A stretch of 64,000 nt of DNA from a virus. The DNA is taken from the IMG/VR virus record IMGVR_UViG_3300021960_009431; one strand, 5' to 3'. Below are positions 9,738-19,244 of the stretch, piece after piece; the first letter of the stretch is position 1, and each line of letters begins with the position of its first letter. The position numbers were made by a program, and so were the translations under genes. Under the pieces are notes generated by a model. It was not told where the DNA came from. It saw only the letters and a program-made list of their open reading frames with translations, and made no database searches.

Positions 9738-10146
9738 TATAGATAACATATTAGATGCTGATATTGCTCACCCAGTTATTAAGAAGGCAGCTAGAAAACT
9801 GAAAAAAGATCAGTACTTCATGCCTTCTGAATTCTTTTTAAAATTAACTCGTCATGACTCAGAAGTTCTTGGTGAAATGGCAGCTATTTTAACTGATGAA
9901 GAGATTCCTGATGCACAAAAAGGAGACGAGTATAATAATATTATTTTATTAGCATCTATTCTCTCTATGGCTGAAGGAGTTTATCTTGAAACAGAAGACG
10001 ATGCTTTTGAAGCTACGAGAATGGCAGCAATAATGTGTATTGCAAATCATTTACATCGTAGAGGACATGTAGCTTGTTATTTTGATAACTTTACATTTGG
10101 TCCTGAAGGTTTAGAAAAAGTTATTATGGAGAGAATTAATGAGTAA
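9727..10146 (+). CDS. Hypothetical protein
   Basis: 139-aa ORF in an operon with overlapping ends. Confidence 0.6.
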   Translation: MLTNIDNILDADIAHPVIKKAARKLKKDQYFMPSEFFLKLTRHDSEVLGEMAAILTDEEIPDAQKGDEYNNIILLASILSMAEGVYLETEDDAFEATRMAAIMCIANHLHRRGHVACYFDNFTFGPEGLEKVIMERINE

Positions 10147-10519
10147 GCTTGATAAGGTTGTGATAGGTGGAATATATCAATATGTTCATGAGTCAGGTGA
10201 TATAGTTTACAGAGGAAGTACAACTCATAAAGAAAATCGTTACGGTACTATTTTAGAAAATGTAGATAGTTGGCATCGTCAAGGTGAACGATTTAAAAGT
10301 AATTGGAAATATTCTTGGACAGTTTTTAGAAGTAACCTTCGAAGACCGTTTGGTGATAAAGTAACTATTGAATGGTGTGTAGAACCAAAAGAAATGATGT
10401 ATGGTGAATTACTAGAATTAGAAGGTAACAAAATAAGAGAAGGTCATGATATAGGTCAATGTTATCTTAATCATGATCCTGACCCACTAGCAACTTGGAA
10501 AAAATATAACAAAGGATAA
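10139..10519 (+). CDS. Stand-alone GIY-YIG-like nuclease domain protein
   Basis: GIYQY-x8-YRGS, later LE and YLN, matching the GIY-YIG core order. Confidence 0.55.
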   Translation: MSKLDKVVIGGIYQYVHESGDIVYRGSTTHKENRYGTILENVDSWHRQGERFKSNWKYSWTVFRSNLRRPFGDKVTIEWCVEPKEMMYGELLELEGNKIREGHDIGQCYLNHDPDPLATWKKYNKG

Positions 10520-10537
10520 AAATGATCCAGGAGACTT

Positions 10538-10759
10538 ATGAATCTGACTTTATTGAAATGGGCTGCAACATTGACTCTAATAGTAGGAGCAACAACCGCA
10601 GCACTAAACATATATCCAATGTACATAATTCTGAACACATTTGGCGGGATATTGTGGACTACTGCAGGAATTATTATGAAGGACAAGCCGCTGATAGCGA
10701 CAAATAGTTGTTTAACTTTAATTTATGGTTTAGGTGCATTATATGCGATTTATATTTGA
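10538..10759 (+). CDS. Small 3-TM membrane protein (DUF6552-like)
   Basis: LKWAAT..NIYP..LW..G...KDKPLI..N; hydrophobic. Confidence 0.6.
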   Translation: MNLTLLKWAATLTLIVGATTAALNIYPMYIILNTFGGILWTTAGIIMKDKPLIATNSCLTLIYGLGALYAIYI

Positions 10760-11462
10760 TGTTGACGGTACATTAACTCCTAGTAGACAGCGCATAGATT
10801 TAGGCTTCGAAAAATATTTCATGGACTTCTGCGAAGATAATGAAGTATATTTTGTTACTGGATCAGATAGACAAAAGACTTTGGATCAGCTCGGCGTTGA
10901 AATATACGACCGAGCTGTTCGTGTATATAATTGTTCAGGTAATAGTGTATGGGAAAAAGATGTCTGTGTGCACGGAAAAACCTGGGTTCCTGAACCTGAA
11001 GTCTATGATGAGTTAATCTATCTTATGATGGATACAAAATACCCTTATGAATTTACTGGACGTCATATTGAAGGAAGACCTGGCTGTCTTAACTTTTCTG
11101 TAGTTGGACGAAATGCTGATTGGCTTCATAGACAAAAGTATAAAGAGTTTGATAAAAAGAATAATGAACGTGCAATGATGGTAGAACGGTTTAACTCTAA
11201 GTTTCCTGACCTTCAAGCTACTATAGGAGGAGAAACTGGTCTTGATATTTTTCCTAAAGGATGGGATAAAAGTCAAATAGCTAAAATGCATTTTGAAGAT
11301 TGCTCAGATGTTTATTTCTTCGGTGATAAAATGGAAGAAGGAGGTAATGACCTTACTCTTGCTGAAGAAGTAATAAAAAGAGGGGGTCAAGTTTTTGCTG
11401 TAACCGATTATATGGATACTTGGGACACTCTCCTAACTCTCAATACTAATTTTGATAAATAA
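10743..11462 (+). CDS. HAD-IIB phosphomannomutase (eukaryotic PMM-type)
   Basis: FDVDGTLTPSR, VTGSD, IE.R..LNFS.VGR.A, GWDK, FFGDK..GGND. Confidence 0.9.
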   Translation: MRFIFDVDGTLTPSRQRIDLGFEKYFMDFCEDNEVYFVTGSDRQKTLDQLGVEIYDRAVRVYNCSGNSVWEKDVCVHGKTWVPEPEVYDELIYLMMDTKYPYEFTGRHIEGRPGCLNFSVVGRNADWLHRQKYKEFDKKNNERAMMVERFNSKFPDLQATIGGETGLDIFPKGWDKSQIAKMHFEDCSDVYFFGDKMEEGGNDLTLAEEVIKRGGQVFAVTDYMDTWDTLLTLNTNFDK

Positions 11463-11529
11463 CTAAAACTGATTGAAGTTCTAAGATATACTATGGATTT
11501 ACTAACTTTAATAGTAGAAAGTAGTATGA

Positions 11530-12012
11530 ATGATAGATCCAGTAACAGCAATAGCTGGTGCTACCGCAGCTTATAATGGTATTAAGAAAGCGATTGGCGT
11601 CGGCAAAGAATTACATGATATGGCAGGCACATTGAGTCAATGGGCTGGCGCAATGTCTGATTTAGATTTTTCTCATAGTCAGGCAGAAAATCCACCATTG
11701 TTCAAGAAAATATTTGGTGCAAGCCAAGTAGAACAATCCGCATTAGAAGCATGGGGACATAAGCAAAAAGCTAAGGAGATGCGTGAGGAGCTTCGTTCTC
11801 ACATTTCTCTGTTTTATGGACCCTCAGCCTGGGATGAAATAGTACGTATTGAAGGAGATATGCGTAAAAAGCGTAGAGAGCAAGTTTACGCTGCTGAAGA
11901 GAGAAAACAAAAAATAATTGAATGGACCGTTGGTTTATTGCTAGCCGTAGCTTTATCAGCAGTATTAGGTTTTATTATTTACATGATAGGATTAGGTAAC
12001 GGTTCTTGGTAG
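11530..12012 (+). CDS. Conserved hypothetical protein with C-terminal TM helix
   Basis: MIDPVTAIAGATAAY..IKK N-terminus common in alphaproteobacterial phages; preceded by GATAAATA at 11454. Confidence 0.65.
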   Translation: MIDPVTAIAGATAAYNGIKKAIGVGKELHDMAGTLSQWAGAMSDLDFSHSQAENPPLFKKIFGASQVEQSALEAWGHKQKAKEMREELRSHISLFYGPSAWDEIVRIEGDMRKKRREQVYAAEERKQKIIEWTVGLLLAVALSAVLGFIIYMIGLGNGSW

Positions 12013-12577
12013 AGTTAGCGCTATCAATAGTAGCAGCTACTCATATATGGATTAACGGTAGTAACGTTTTAGTTAAAGTGTGTAAATATTATGCCGAACG
12101 AGATATAAGTAGATTGTATTATCATTTTCCATACACAGTAACGATAGGTTATGATCAAAGATGTCCTCTAAAAATAAAAGTACCCAAAAAGTAGGGATTA
12201 TTAAAAGAATATTTAGTGATGAGTATGTGATTACAATATGGATAGAGGGAACAATAGGTAAAGAAAAAAATGTGTTTCACCTATCTGAGCTTAACAAGCT
12301 AACAAATACTCACTTAAAAGGTAAAGATATGCAAGGGCATGGCATTGAGTACAAATCAGTCAAGCCTTTTGATTACTTAGTTAAAAAGATTTATTAATGC
12401 GTTGGTATGATTATGCAGTATGTATTTGGTTTGCTTGGCAGATAGCCGGAGGGTTATTTTATCTTAATTTAGTGACGATAATTTTTGGAATGATTGGATA
12501 TAAATTATATGAGGATTACAGAGTCGGAAAGTTCTGAGGATCTAAATAATAGATCTTCAACAGCAATAACGGAAAAT

Positions 12578-12862
12578 TTGCTTAATACTTATTTCTTCAA
12601 ACAAGTTAAAATTAATATTAACTTGGCTGTTCCCCTCTATCTAATAGCTGCATATGCCTACTATATAGAAGATGATCCTTTAATTTCAGATGACTGTTTC
12701 GATTGGTTAGCTAAATTATTAAAAGAGCATTGGGAAGAGATTACTCATTATCATAAAAAATATCTTACTCTCGATGATCTTAATGCCGGGACATTCCTTG
12801 GCGAGTACCCTTCAATAGTGAAAGGTGCTGTAAGTGATTTGAGAATAAGTAATGTCTTATGA
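12578..12862 (+). CDS. Stand-alone LigA domain-Ia-like protein
   Basis: YYIEDDPLISDDCFDWL resembles the NAD-ligase domain Ia motif YY..D.P.ISD..YD.L. Start uncertain (track ORF begins at 12494). Confidence 0.6.
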   Translation: MLNTYFFKQVKININLAVPLYLIAAYAYYIEDDPLISDDCFDWLAKLLKEHWEEITHYHKKYLTLDDLNAGTFLGEYPSIVKGAVSDLRISNVL

Positions 12863-13076
12863 AGATGATAGTTTAAAAGAATCAGCTAGATTGTTCTGGT
12901 TGATAAAGGGTCATTTAAAAACTACGGATGATACTTTAAGAAGTAGTCATAACAGTTATTTTAAACGCCTCTGGGTAGCTGGGTCTAACGGAGCTCCTTT
13001 ATATGAGTATGAAGATGGTTTTGAAGAAGCTTGGATAGAGTATCAAAACAATGTATCTCACAAAGAAAAGAAATAA
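12852..13076 (+). CDS. Hypothetical protein
   Basis: 74-aa ORF overlapping the upstream stop. Confidence 0.55.
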   Translation: MSYEDDSLKESARLFWLIKGHLKTTDDTLRSSHNSYFKRLWVAGSNGAPLYEYEDGFEEAWIEYQNNVSHKEKK

Positions 13077-13159
13077 ATATATTTTATATGATCTTAATGA
13101 AAAGATACTAATAATTACATCTCATAAAGGTGTAGTGAAAGAAATAATGGAAGCACAGC

Positions 13160-13861
13160 GTGATGTTGAAAATAAACAATCAGTATTTAAATCCAGTGAT
13201 ATTGATTCCGGCGAGATATGATTCTTCGCGCTTTCCTGGTAAACCTTTAACTCTCTTAAATAATAAACCAATGGTGTCGATGGTATACGATAAATGTATA
13301 GCATCTGGTTTTGATGTGTTTGTAGTTACTGATAGCAGACAAGTATCTCATTGTATACCTTATAAACATGTAATATTTACTGATGATGCTTTTAATGGTA
13401 CAGAGAGATGTAAGTTAGCATTAGCAAATGAAAAATTAATGCAATATGATACTATTATTAACGTTCAAGGGGACATGCCAGACATTACTCCTGATATTAT
13501 TCATTCAGTTTATAATTGTTTAAAACAAGGTTGGGATATTGCAACTGCTTATACAGAGATGCCTGAGCATCTTCTCTCTGACCCTAATTCAGTTAAATTA
13601 ATTCATAATACCTCATTTGCAAACTGGTTTGGAAGAGGAACTAATTATGGTTCTCATCATCTAGGTGTATATGGCTATACTAGAGATATTCTCAAACATT
13701 ACCCTAAAGAAGAATCTAAGCATGAGAAAATAGAAAAACTCGAGCAACTCCGTTGGCTTGATTCAGGCACAACTATTGGAGTAACTCGAGTCGATTTTAA
13801 CGGTATTGAGATCAACTCTCCAGAAGATGTTGATCGATGGCATGCTAACCAATCTTCATAA
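13160..13861 (+). CDS. kdsB: CMP-KDO synthetase (3-deoxy-manno-octulosonate cytidylyltransferase)
   Basis: IPARYDSSRFPGKPL, GTERC, INVQGDMP, HLGVYGY, EKLEQLRWL. Confidence 0.93.
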   Translation: MMLKINNQYLNPVILIPARYDSSRFPGKPLTLLNNKPMVSMVYDKCIASGFDVFVVTDSRQVSHCIPYKHVIFTDDAFNGTERCKLALANEKLMQYDTIINVQGDMPDITPDIIHSVYNCLKQGWDIATAYTEMPEHLLSDPNSVKLIHNTSFANWFGRGTNYGSHHLGVYGYTRDILKHYPKEESKHEKIEKLEQLRWLDSGTTIGVTRVDFNGIEINSPEDVDRWHANQSS

Positions 13862-14327
13862 GAAACTGACCTATTCTACCTACAAACGGTAATAGAGCTA
13901 AAGCCATTATTAAATTCATTCCTGTATGTGCTACTGCTATTCGTAACGTATCCCCTTTAGGCATACCATCTGATACAAAGAATCCAGCAAGCCATATTGT
14001 TCCTGTAGTCCCTATGTTAGCTCCTAACACAGCAGCTACAGCAGCAGGTAAAGGAAGAGCTCCAGATGCTACTAATGCAATAATTGCTGTAGTTGATAAT
14101 GATGACGATTGCCATAATAAAGTCATGACTATTCCACCGATAAACATATAAATCGGATTACCTAAAAAGAATTGTAGGTGGTCCATATTACCCATTGACT
14201 TCATACCTCCTGAGAAAGTTTTGAGGCCAATATAAAAAATCACCAGTCCAACAAGAGCGGTGATTACGGGGTTTCCTAGATCCATTTTCTTTACCTTTTT
14301 CCATAGTTTATTTGCTTTATTACTCAT
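13845..14327 (-). CDS. Na/Pi cotransporter family protein, single repeat (half size)
   Basis: F..GL...S.GMK, LLWQSSSLST, LGANIGTT: the SLC34/NptA repeat signature, present once. Confidence 0.85.
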   Translation of the reverse strand: MSNKANKLWKKVKKMDLGNPVITALVGLVIFYIGLKTFSGGMKSMGNMDHLQFFLGNPIYMFIGGIVMTLLWQSSSLSTTAIIALVASGALPLPAAVAAVLGANIGTTGTIWLAGFFVSDGMPKGDTLRIAVAHTGMNLIMALALLPFVGRIGQFLMKIG

Positions 14328-14376
14328 TGATACCTCTTAAATAACCAATATAGTAATTTAGGCTGTCTAGTATATA

Positions 14377-14394
14377 AATTCATAAAACTTTCAT
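14377..14394 (+). promoter_or_regulatory. Pho-box-like direct repeat
   Basis: AATTCAT-AAAA-CTTTCAT versus consensus CTGTCAT-AWAW-CTGTCAY; 50 bp upstream of the Na/Pi gene but in the opposite orientation. Confidence 0.45.
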
Positions 14395-14443
14395 ATTTCT
14401 ACTAACTCCTTGTAAACAAATAAAACCTTTTTTCACAAAACAG

Positions 14444-14472
14444 TTGCATTACGCCTTAGAATATACTATATT
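14444..14472 (+). promoter_or_regulatory. Early promoter with upstream TAAC-TTG element
   Basis: TTGCAT-N17-TATATT, RBS AAGGAG. Confidence 0.82.
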
Positions 14473-14499
14473 ATATGTATAGAAAGAAGGAGATATCAA

Positions 14500-14766
14500 A
14501 TGATCAAGTCAATCTGGTGCGAAGATGTAACAATACCTGCAGAGATGAAAGCAGGCTCTCGCTTGACTTATAATTATATTTCAGGTGGAAGCTATCCTGA
14601 TTATAACTTCTCTGAAGTATCATCTTTTATTGCAATTGCTGAGCAATCAGATATTGAACGTGCTGTAGAGTCTCTTTTGACTCAAGCTGATGATCATAAC
14701 CATGTCTTTATCGAAGGTTTTGATCGTAAAGAAGATGGATCATTTGAAGTCGTATTAGGTTCTTAA
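14500..14766 (+). CDS. Hypothetical early protein
   Basis: Strong RBS; HVFIEGF..FEVVLGS C-terminus. Confidence 0.7.
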   Translation: MIKSIWCEDVTIPAEMKAGSRLTYNYISGGSYPDYNFSEVSSFIAIAEQSDIERAVESLLTQADDHNHVFIEGFDRKEDGSFEVVLGS

Positions 14767-14779
14767 GAGGAGATATAGA

Positions 14780-15169
14780 ATGACTGATAGTTTATATATG
14801 AATGTTAAAGATGGAATTACATATGAAGAAGCAATGAACTTTAAGTTTATTCCTGTAAGCGCTGAACAAGCTGAGTTAATTACTAGAGCTGATCGTTCAC
14901 ATTTTGATAAATCTGGAATCTATAGAGTGCTTTCAGGTTCTCGTGGAGTTATCGAAGAAGTTGTTCTTCAAGAAGGTAAGCTTGAAATCTTAACTAAAGA
15001 AGAAGCTACTCAATGTATGATTGACGATGATATGGATGAAGAAGAAATCCAAGGTGCAAAAGATTATATCGAGGAGTGGTATTATATAGATATTGATCCT
15101 GAATTTAGTGGAGCTCTTGTCTATGGTTATACCGAAGAAGATTATGATACTTTTGTACAAGTTATATAA
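14780..15169 (+). CDS. Acidic hypothetical early protein
   Basis: RBS GAGGAG; D/E-rich, 129 aa. Confidence 0.7.
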   Translation: MTDSLYMNVKDGITYEEAMNFKFIPVSAEQAELITRADRSHFDKSGIYRVLSGSRGVIEEVVLQEGKLEILTKEEATQCMIDDDMDEEEIQGAKDYIEEWYYIDIDPEFSGALVYGYTEEDYDTFVQVI

Positions 15170-15381
15170 TGTCAAAGTATGATAATCGTCATGGAGGTCC
15201 TTATGATCGAGGAGGAGCAGACAGCTATTATCGTCGTGGTTTGAGACCTCATTACTTTGTAGGTGATACATATCGATCTGAAGCTGTTATGGAAGATGGT
15301 ATGACATCTGAAGAAATAGAAGCTTACCTTGCCGGTTACGATGATAACGAAAAAATAGGAAATTATAAAGATTATGGTTAA
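15169..15381 (+). CDS. Conserved phage hypothetical protein
   Basis: RHGGPYDRGGADSYY.R..PHY..AY.AGY..NE motif. Confidence 0.75.
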   Translation: MSKYDNRHGGPYDRGGADSYYRRGLRPHYFVGDTYRSEAVMEDGMTSEEIEAYLAGYDDNEKIGNYKDYG

Positions 15382-15571
15382 AACTGTACACTATGTTGGA
15401 TTTAGAGGAGATGAGTACGTTCGTGCTCATCGCATCTTTGGTAGTCCTGCAATGATTCATAAAGTGTACGACACTCGAGTATTTACTGAAGTAGGTCATG
15501 ATGATGTAGTTATTTTCGGGCCTAAGTATAAGTATTCAGAATATGTATGGGACGCTAGTGGGGACTGCTAA
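15374..15571 (+). CDS. Conserved hypothetical protein
   Basis: VHYVGFRGDEY..A.RIFG.P..IH. Confidence 0.65.
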   Translation: MVKTVHYVGFRGDEYVRAHRIFGSPAMIHKVYDTRVFTEVGHDDVVIFGPKYKYSEYVWDASGDC

Positions 15572-15789
15572 TGGAAGTAGTTTTTTTCGTTTTAATATTT
15601 TTTATCGGCGCTGTTGTATTTTTTACCTGGAGTGAATTGCAAGGCGTCGATAAAGTTATGTGGCAAAAAGATACTGAGATGAAACAAAAAGTCCGTAAGC
15701 TTGAGTCTGATATTGTAGATTTAAATCGTACTATCAGTGAATTAAAACATGAACTAGCAGAAAGTGAGAAAGAAGATGAACAGCTTTGA
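15571..15789 (+). CDS. Membrane-anchored coiled-coil protein
   Basis: N-terminal TM helix followed by heptads. Confidence 0.55.
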   Translation: MEVVFFVLIFFIGAVVFFTWSELQGVDKVMWQKDTEMKQKVRKLESDIVDLNRTISELKHELAESEKEDEQL

Positions 15790-16035
15790 AAATTTGGTAA
15801 TGGAAGATATCTTAAAATGGAAATCACAAAAAGGAATCGATTTTGTTGCTGTTAAAGATTTAATTGAAGCTTATTGGAAGGATTATTTTAATGGACAGCG
15901 GCTTGTTGGAAATGAGAATTTTGAATGCATCGGATAAGGCTGCTGAAGCTCGATATCGCGTAGTAGAGTTAGAGAAAACTGTAAGTGAGCTTTGTAAAAA
16001 AGTTTCTGAACTAGAAAAAGCTTTGAAAGATAATA

Positions 16036-16674
16036 ATGCAGCTTAATCATTTACATGAACACCAGCATATGTATTTTTATTACTGGGGCCCTCTACTTTG
16101 TAGAATTGATATAGATGAGAATCTGTATAATTTTATATCATCTTGTGTAAATAAACCTCAACAAGAAAATAATAGGTTTAAACATAACGTAGATAAGTTA
16201 GAAAGAGAGTATGAACTGACCGGTAATGAGAAAATAACATTTAACGAATTATTTTCTCCTTATATCACAAAATATGTTGAAGCACATAATAAAACATGGC
16301 AACCTTATGCTAAACCGGTTAAAGATGAATTTGTATGTGCTAATGCATGGATAAACTTTCAAGGAAATAACGAAAGCAGATCTCTTCACACTCACGTAGA
16401 TAGCGATTTATCATTTGTAATATACTATGATATTCCTGATATTTTAATGAAAGAAGCCTCACTAGCTGAAACTGATGTTGTTCCTGGAGCTATCACTTTT
16501 TATAACGAATTACCTAAACCTCCTGAACCTCTATTTAAAAATATTAAATTAATTTCTCATATGCCTAAAATAAAAGAAGCATTTATATTCCCAAGTTCTC
16601 TTCCTCACATGGTTAACTCATTTAAATCTGAATGTACAAGAATATCAATTGCAGGTAATTATATAAGGAAATAG
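16036..16674 (+). CDS. 2OG-Fe(II) oxygenase
   Basis: WINFQ, HTH, LSFVIY, PGAITF, IFPSSLPHMV, RISIAGN. Confidence 0.85.
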   Translation: MQLNHLHEHQHMYFYYWGPLLCRIDIDENLYNFISSCVNKPQQENNRFKHNVDKLEREYELTGNEKITFNELFSPYITKYVEAHNKTWQPYAKPVKDEFVCANAWINFQGNNESRSLHTHVDSDLSFVIYYDIPDILMKEASLAETDVVPGAITFYNELPKPPEPLFKNIKLISHMPKIKEAFIFPSSLPHMVNSFKSECTRISIAGNYIRK

Positions 16675-16876
16675 AAATGTGGGTACTAATATGGTTAGCA
16701 ATGGGGAACAGTGCGAATATTGAATATTTTCATGTCGATAGTTATGATAATAAAGATAAATGTATATCAGCTATGAAAAATGCATCTGTTTTAGTTACTA
16801 ATAAAAATCAAACTATAGATTGTTTATGGGTTTCAGGTTTAAGGACCGCACCAATAGAAAAAGGAGTGCTTGATTA

Positions 16877-17110
16877 ATGAGTGATGATGATTATGAGACT
16901 GAAGAGTTATATGATAAAGTTATAGGTATCGCAGGAGAGCTTTGTGCTAAGCATCCTGGATTGGCTGTTGCTGCAGTGCTTAATACTGTATCTTTAACTC
17001 TATATAAAACTATTCTTACTCCTGAAGAGTATGAAAATATGATGGCTACTATTGATAGTAATACACATAGAATTAAACCATTGATTAAAACTGAACAGAG
17101 AGTGCATTAA
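16877..17110 (+). CDS. Hypothetical protein
   Basis: RBS AGGAG; translationally coupled ORF. Confidence 0.55.
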   Translation: MSDDDYETEELYDKVIGIAGELCAKHPGLAVAAVLNTVSLTLYKTILTPEEYENMMATIDSNTHRIKPLIKTEQRVH

Positions 17111-17127
17111 CTCTCTTGGAGTGACTT

Positions 17128-18321
17128 ATGCCAAATATTACGATAACGACTAGCCCGTCTGGTCGTAGTCCTGAGAATAAATATTTTTTCGGTAATCGAA
17201 CTCGAAAGTTAGACTTATCTCGTCCAAAATATAACAAGATTGGAAGTGAAGTAGACTTTTGGGAATTCTATGAAGATATGATTGATCAAGAGTACCACCA
17301 TTATCTTGTGTTCTATTCTGCTGGTAGATGTTTTAGCGTTGAGACTAATGATGACCGGCATGCGCAGTTTGTTCGTAATATGTTTAATGTGATAGATGAT
17401 GATCCTTTGCATGATTATGCAGATTGGAAGATCATTCATAATACATTACTTGATGTTGAACCAACCATATATGTTCACTTAGATGAAAAGATTATGTTAA
17501 TTAGTGGTACAACATTCTTAGGTGAAATCAAAAAGGGTGTGTTTGGTATTCTTGGATTTGAACTGCCAGAAGAAGACAAACTACCAATGCACTGTGCAGC
17601 ATTCACATATAAAGATACAACCAATCTAATGTTTGGTTTGAGCGGAACAGGAAAGACAACTCTGTCTAGTGATCCAGATTATAAACTAATTAGTGATGAT
17701 GAAGTCTACTGGCACAGCGATGGAATTGGTATGATCGAAACTGGTTGCTATGCTAAGTCAGAAGGTCTGTCACCAGAAACTCATAAGACTATTTTTGATG
17801 CTGTTGAATTAGCTAAGAGTAAAGATACTCTAGTAGTTGAGAATCCAGGTGCACCTAATGCTAGATTAAGCTATCCTATAAATTGTGTAGAGAATGCTTA
17901 TCATACTTCTCAGCAATTCAACCATCCAGATAATATATTCTTTCTTACTATGGATGCTAAAGGCGTCTTTCCTGCTGTTAGTAAGATAAGCGGTGAGACA
18001 GTCCGTAAGTTTTTTGAAACCGGATACACAAGTCAGATGCCAGGAACAGAAGCGGGAACTGATGTAATAAAGCCATTATTTAGTCCATGTTATGGATCTC
18101 CATTTATGCCCAGACAGGTAAAAGAATACAGTGATATGCTCATGCAGAAAGTAGAGCAAGTTGATTGTAATGTTTATCTAATCAATACAGGAATGGATAA
18201 GGATGGAAAAAGATATCCTCTAGAATATACCCGACAATGTATCAAAGACGCTATTCAAAAAACAAGTACAGATGAAAGCGAAACAGTTCTTGGTATATTA
18301 GAGGGTCTAATTAATGCGTGA
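17128..18321 (+). CDS. pckA: Phosphoenolpyruvate carboxykinase (ATP), compact 397-aa form
   Basis: GRSP, GEIKK, MHC, FGLSGTGKTTLS, DDE, GCYAK, N.R.SYP, GYTS..GTE, FSPCYGSPF, YLINTG. Confidence 0.92.
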   Translation: MPNITITTSPSGRSPENKYFFGNRTRKLDLSRPKYNKIGSEVDFWEFYEDMIDQEYHHYLVFYSAGRCFSVETNDDRHAQFVRNMFNVIDDDPLHDYADWKIIHNTLLDVEPTIYVHLDEKIMLISGTTFLGEIKKGVFGILGFELPEEDKLPMHCAAFTYKDTTNLMFGLSGTGKTTLSSDPDYKLISDDEVYWHSDGIGMIETGCYAKSEGLSPETHKTIFDAVELAKSKDTLVVENPGAPNARLSYPINCVENAYHTSQQFNHPDNIFFLTMDAKGVFPAVSKISGETVRKFFETGYTSQMPGTEAGTDVIKPLFSPCYGSPFMPRQVKEYSDMLMQKVEQVDCNVYLINTGMDKDGKRYPLEYTRQCIKDAIQKTSTDESETVLGILEGLINA

Positions 18322-18425
18322 GATGACTCTTGAACAACTTAGAAAAATTCTTACTGATAACAATATTGAGTACTATGTTACTAGTAGCGATAATGGAATT
18401 GTAAAAATTAACTTTTTGGTGAAAG

Positions 18426-18866
18426 ATGAAGTTTAAAAATAAAATATATCTTGATTATTCTGATGTCCTTTCAATGTGTCATAACCTTGAAGATATTGCA
18501 TCTAAATTAAAACCTGATCTAATTGTAGGAATTGTTAGAGGGGGACTGCTCCCTGCTCTTCATTTGTCTCATGCTTTAGAACGTCCTATGGAAACAGTAA
18601 CATGGCAAACTAGAGATGAATCTCGTCAGCAGTATTGTGACATTATTCAACAAGCAATTGATACAGGAAAGACAGTATTATTTGTAGATGATATTAACGA
18701 TACAGGACGAACGTTTAAAGATCTAGCAAAAGCATATAATACTAATACTAAACCCGATGTACATTTTATCTCATTAGTAGAGAAGACAGCTTCAAATTTC
18801 TTTGGTACAGCTGCACTAACTTTAGACGATCCAAGATGGATTGTATTTCCATGGGAAAAAGATTAA
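18426..18866 (+). CDS. Type I phosphoribosyltransferase (Gpt/Hpt-like)
   Basis: IVGIVRGGL, VLFVDDINDTGRT PRPP motif, WIVFPWE. Confidence 0.9.
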   Translation: MKFKNKIYLDYSDVLSMCHNLEDIASKLKPDLIVGIVRGGLLPALHLSHALERPMETVTWQTRDESRQQYCDIIQQAIDTGKTVLFVDDINDTGRTFKDLAKAYNTNTKPDVHFISLVEKTASNFFGTAALTLDDPRWIVFPWEKD

Positions 18867-18899
18867 TGAATAAGAAAATTATAAAGAAAGATAAGGAAG

Positions 18900-19244
18900 A
18901 TGAATAAATGGATTTTAACACTATTCTTAGCTTTAGCACCTCTATCGGTTAACGCTCAAGACCAAACAAAATGGTACCCGTTTTCTTTTCCATGCGGACC
19001 ATATGAACCTCTACTAAAATTACTAGCAAAGCAACAAGAGTTTCTTTTATTTACCTCTGTGGGACAAGTCTTTGGAGTTGATGGGAAAGTTTATCGTGGT
19101 GTAACGATGTTATTTACTAATCAAGACACTGGTAACTGGACATATATTATAAGATGGAATGAAGGGTCTGCATGCATGCTTTCAACAGGTTCAAACTTCA
19201 GACCTTATGATGGAGTTATTCCAGATATTAAGAAAGATCTGTAA
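18900..19244 (+). CDS. Secreted/periplasmic hypothetical protein
   Basis: Signal peptide ending VNA|Q; two Cys; N..TG.WT. Confidence 0.65.
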   Translation: MNKWILTLFLALAPLSVNAQDQTKWYPFSFPCGPYEPLLKLLAKQQEFLLFTSVGQVFGVDGKVYRGVTMLFTNQDTGNWTYIIRWNEGSACMLSTGSNFRPYDGVIPDIKKDL

